Below are positions 63,030-64,000 of a stretch of 64,000 nt of DNA, piece by piece. Both the position numbers and the translations under genes were made by a program. The stretch is from Phoronis australis. Taxonomy: Eukaryota; Animalia; Phoronida. The stretch lies in the NCBI GenBank assembly GCA_002633005.1, contig NMRA01000072.1:78335-142334 (forward strand), given 5' to 3'. Within the stretch, counting starts at the first letter, position 1; every line of letters begins with the position of its first letter. The notes below the pieces were generated by a model. The model was not told the origin of the DNA. It worked only from the letters and a program-made list of their open reading frames with translations, and made no database searches.

Positions 63030-63250
63030 ATTTCGCGACCTGAAATTTGTGAGTATTTAACACCCCAGGTAAGAGCAAAATCTTGACATTTTCTCGATGA
63101 TCTAAAAATTTATTTAGATGCGTAAAAATGGTGGGAATTTATTGCAACCTGACATTTATGAATGCGAGCTAGATTTTGAGAATGCGACCTGAGATTTGGG
63201 CTAGGTCTCAAAATGCGACCTGGCGATTTTCATAGTGCCAAGCCCCGACT
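63030..63250. repeat. Clustered TGCGACCTGA-like subterminal repeats of a MITE
   Basis: About five copies of (A)TGCGACCTG(A)..TTT; similar motifs at 3295-3350. Confidence 0.45.
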
Positions 63251-64000
63251 TAGTGGATGAAACTGGTTCTCTAAATCAGGGACCGCTATATCCGACCAGT
63301 GCCATCAGTTGATTCCCAGATTTTGCATGCACCCTGTCCAGTCTTTAGCTTTACATGATAGTCATGATACAAGTTTCACGGCGAGGTGACGAGCAGAACT
63401 GCCCTGGCTGTGTGCAATTTCGGGATCTACAGAAGAATAACACACAGTGGTATAGCTGCATTTTGACGATGGTCTTCATACAGCTAGCTGGCTGGTTATT
63501 TTGCACCAAGCCAAGGGCAACGATATATGGCACGATATAGGGTAAAGTGAAAACGCGCATTTTAAAATGTGTCGGTTTTTGACGGTGAAATCGACACATT
63601 TCGTTTCTTAACTAAAACCCGCAAAAACTTGCTGATTAAACAGCGATCACCTACTGGATCGTCACTTTCTGGCAGCGGGACAGCGGGCGCGAATTTCTTC
63701 CAGTTGGACGGTCCTCCGCCAACCGTAGGCCTAATGGATACGTGGCCGTAGGGCAGCCGGTCAGGCCTTTCAGTATGTGGACCGCTCCAGATGCCATACT
63801 GAGAGATCACATAAAATATATATGCCGGTCGGCACTTAGTCCGCGACATCACGACCGCCAACGCAGGGACAGACCGGACTGCCAGCGCTCCGCCATCGGC
63901 ACCGCAGACTCCGCAAACTGCAGGACTTGACCCCATGGACCGCCGTGTGGGGAGTTTTCAAAGCAACGTTTCTGAAACCGACACAAATGGCCAATAATCG

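Noticed and set aside
63562-63936. GC-richer overlapping ORFs at the window end as BRAP exon 1 or a new gene
   Set aside because: No similarity to the BRAP N-terminus or to any domain I recognise, no convincing splice pair, and truncated by the window edge.

Overview
Eukaryotic, AT-rich, intron-containing DNA from a draft assembly (scattered Ns). It most likely comes from an invertebrate animal; the taxon cannot be determined from the sequence. Three genes could be built by hand from GT-AG sites with consistent phases. Two are tandem + strand paralogues encoding secreted mosaic proteins: signal peptide, C-type lectin domain (QPN/WFD motifs), a 19-22 nt phase-shifting micro-exon, thrombospondin type-1 repeats (2 in gene A, 10147-24743, 363 aa; 5 in gene B, 27720-43228, 533 aa) and a C-terminal 6-Cys PAN/apple-like domain. 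The third is a convergent - strand BRAP (BRAP2/IMP) E3 ligase gene with 13 clear coding exons (44261-59512) and an uncertain first exon. The rest is transposon debris: a PGBD3-like piggyBac remnant with an apparent intron, several LINE fragments, an AcademX-like fragment, TTAA-flanked Kolobok-like elements carrying THAP remnants, a decayed OTU protease, MITE/hairpin families, tRNA-derived Pol III boxes and minisatellites. Most ORFs in the six-frame track are spurious or are single exons. There is no CRISPR array. All family assignments come from motif recognition, not from database searches.
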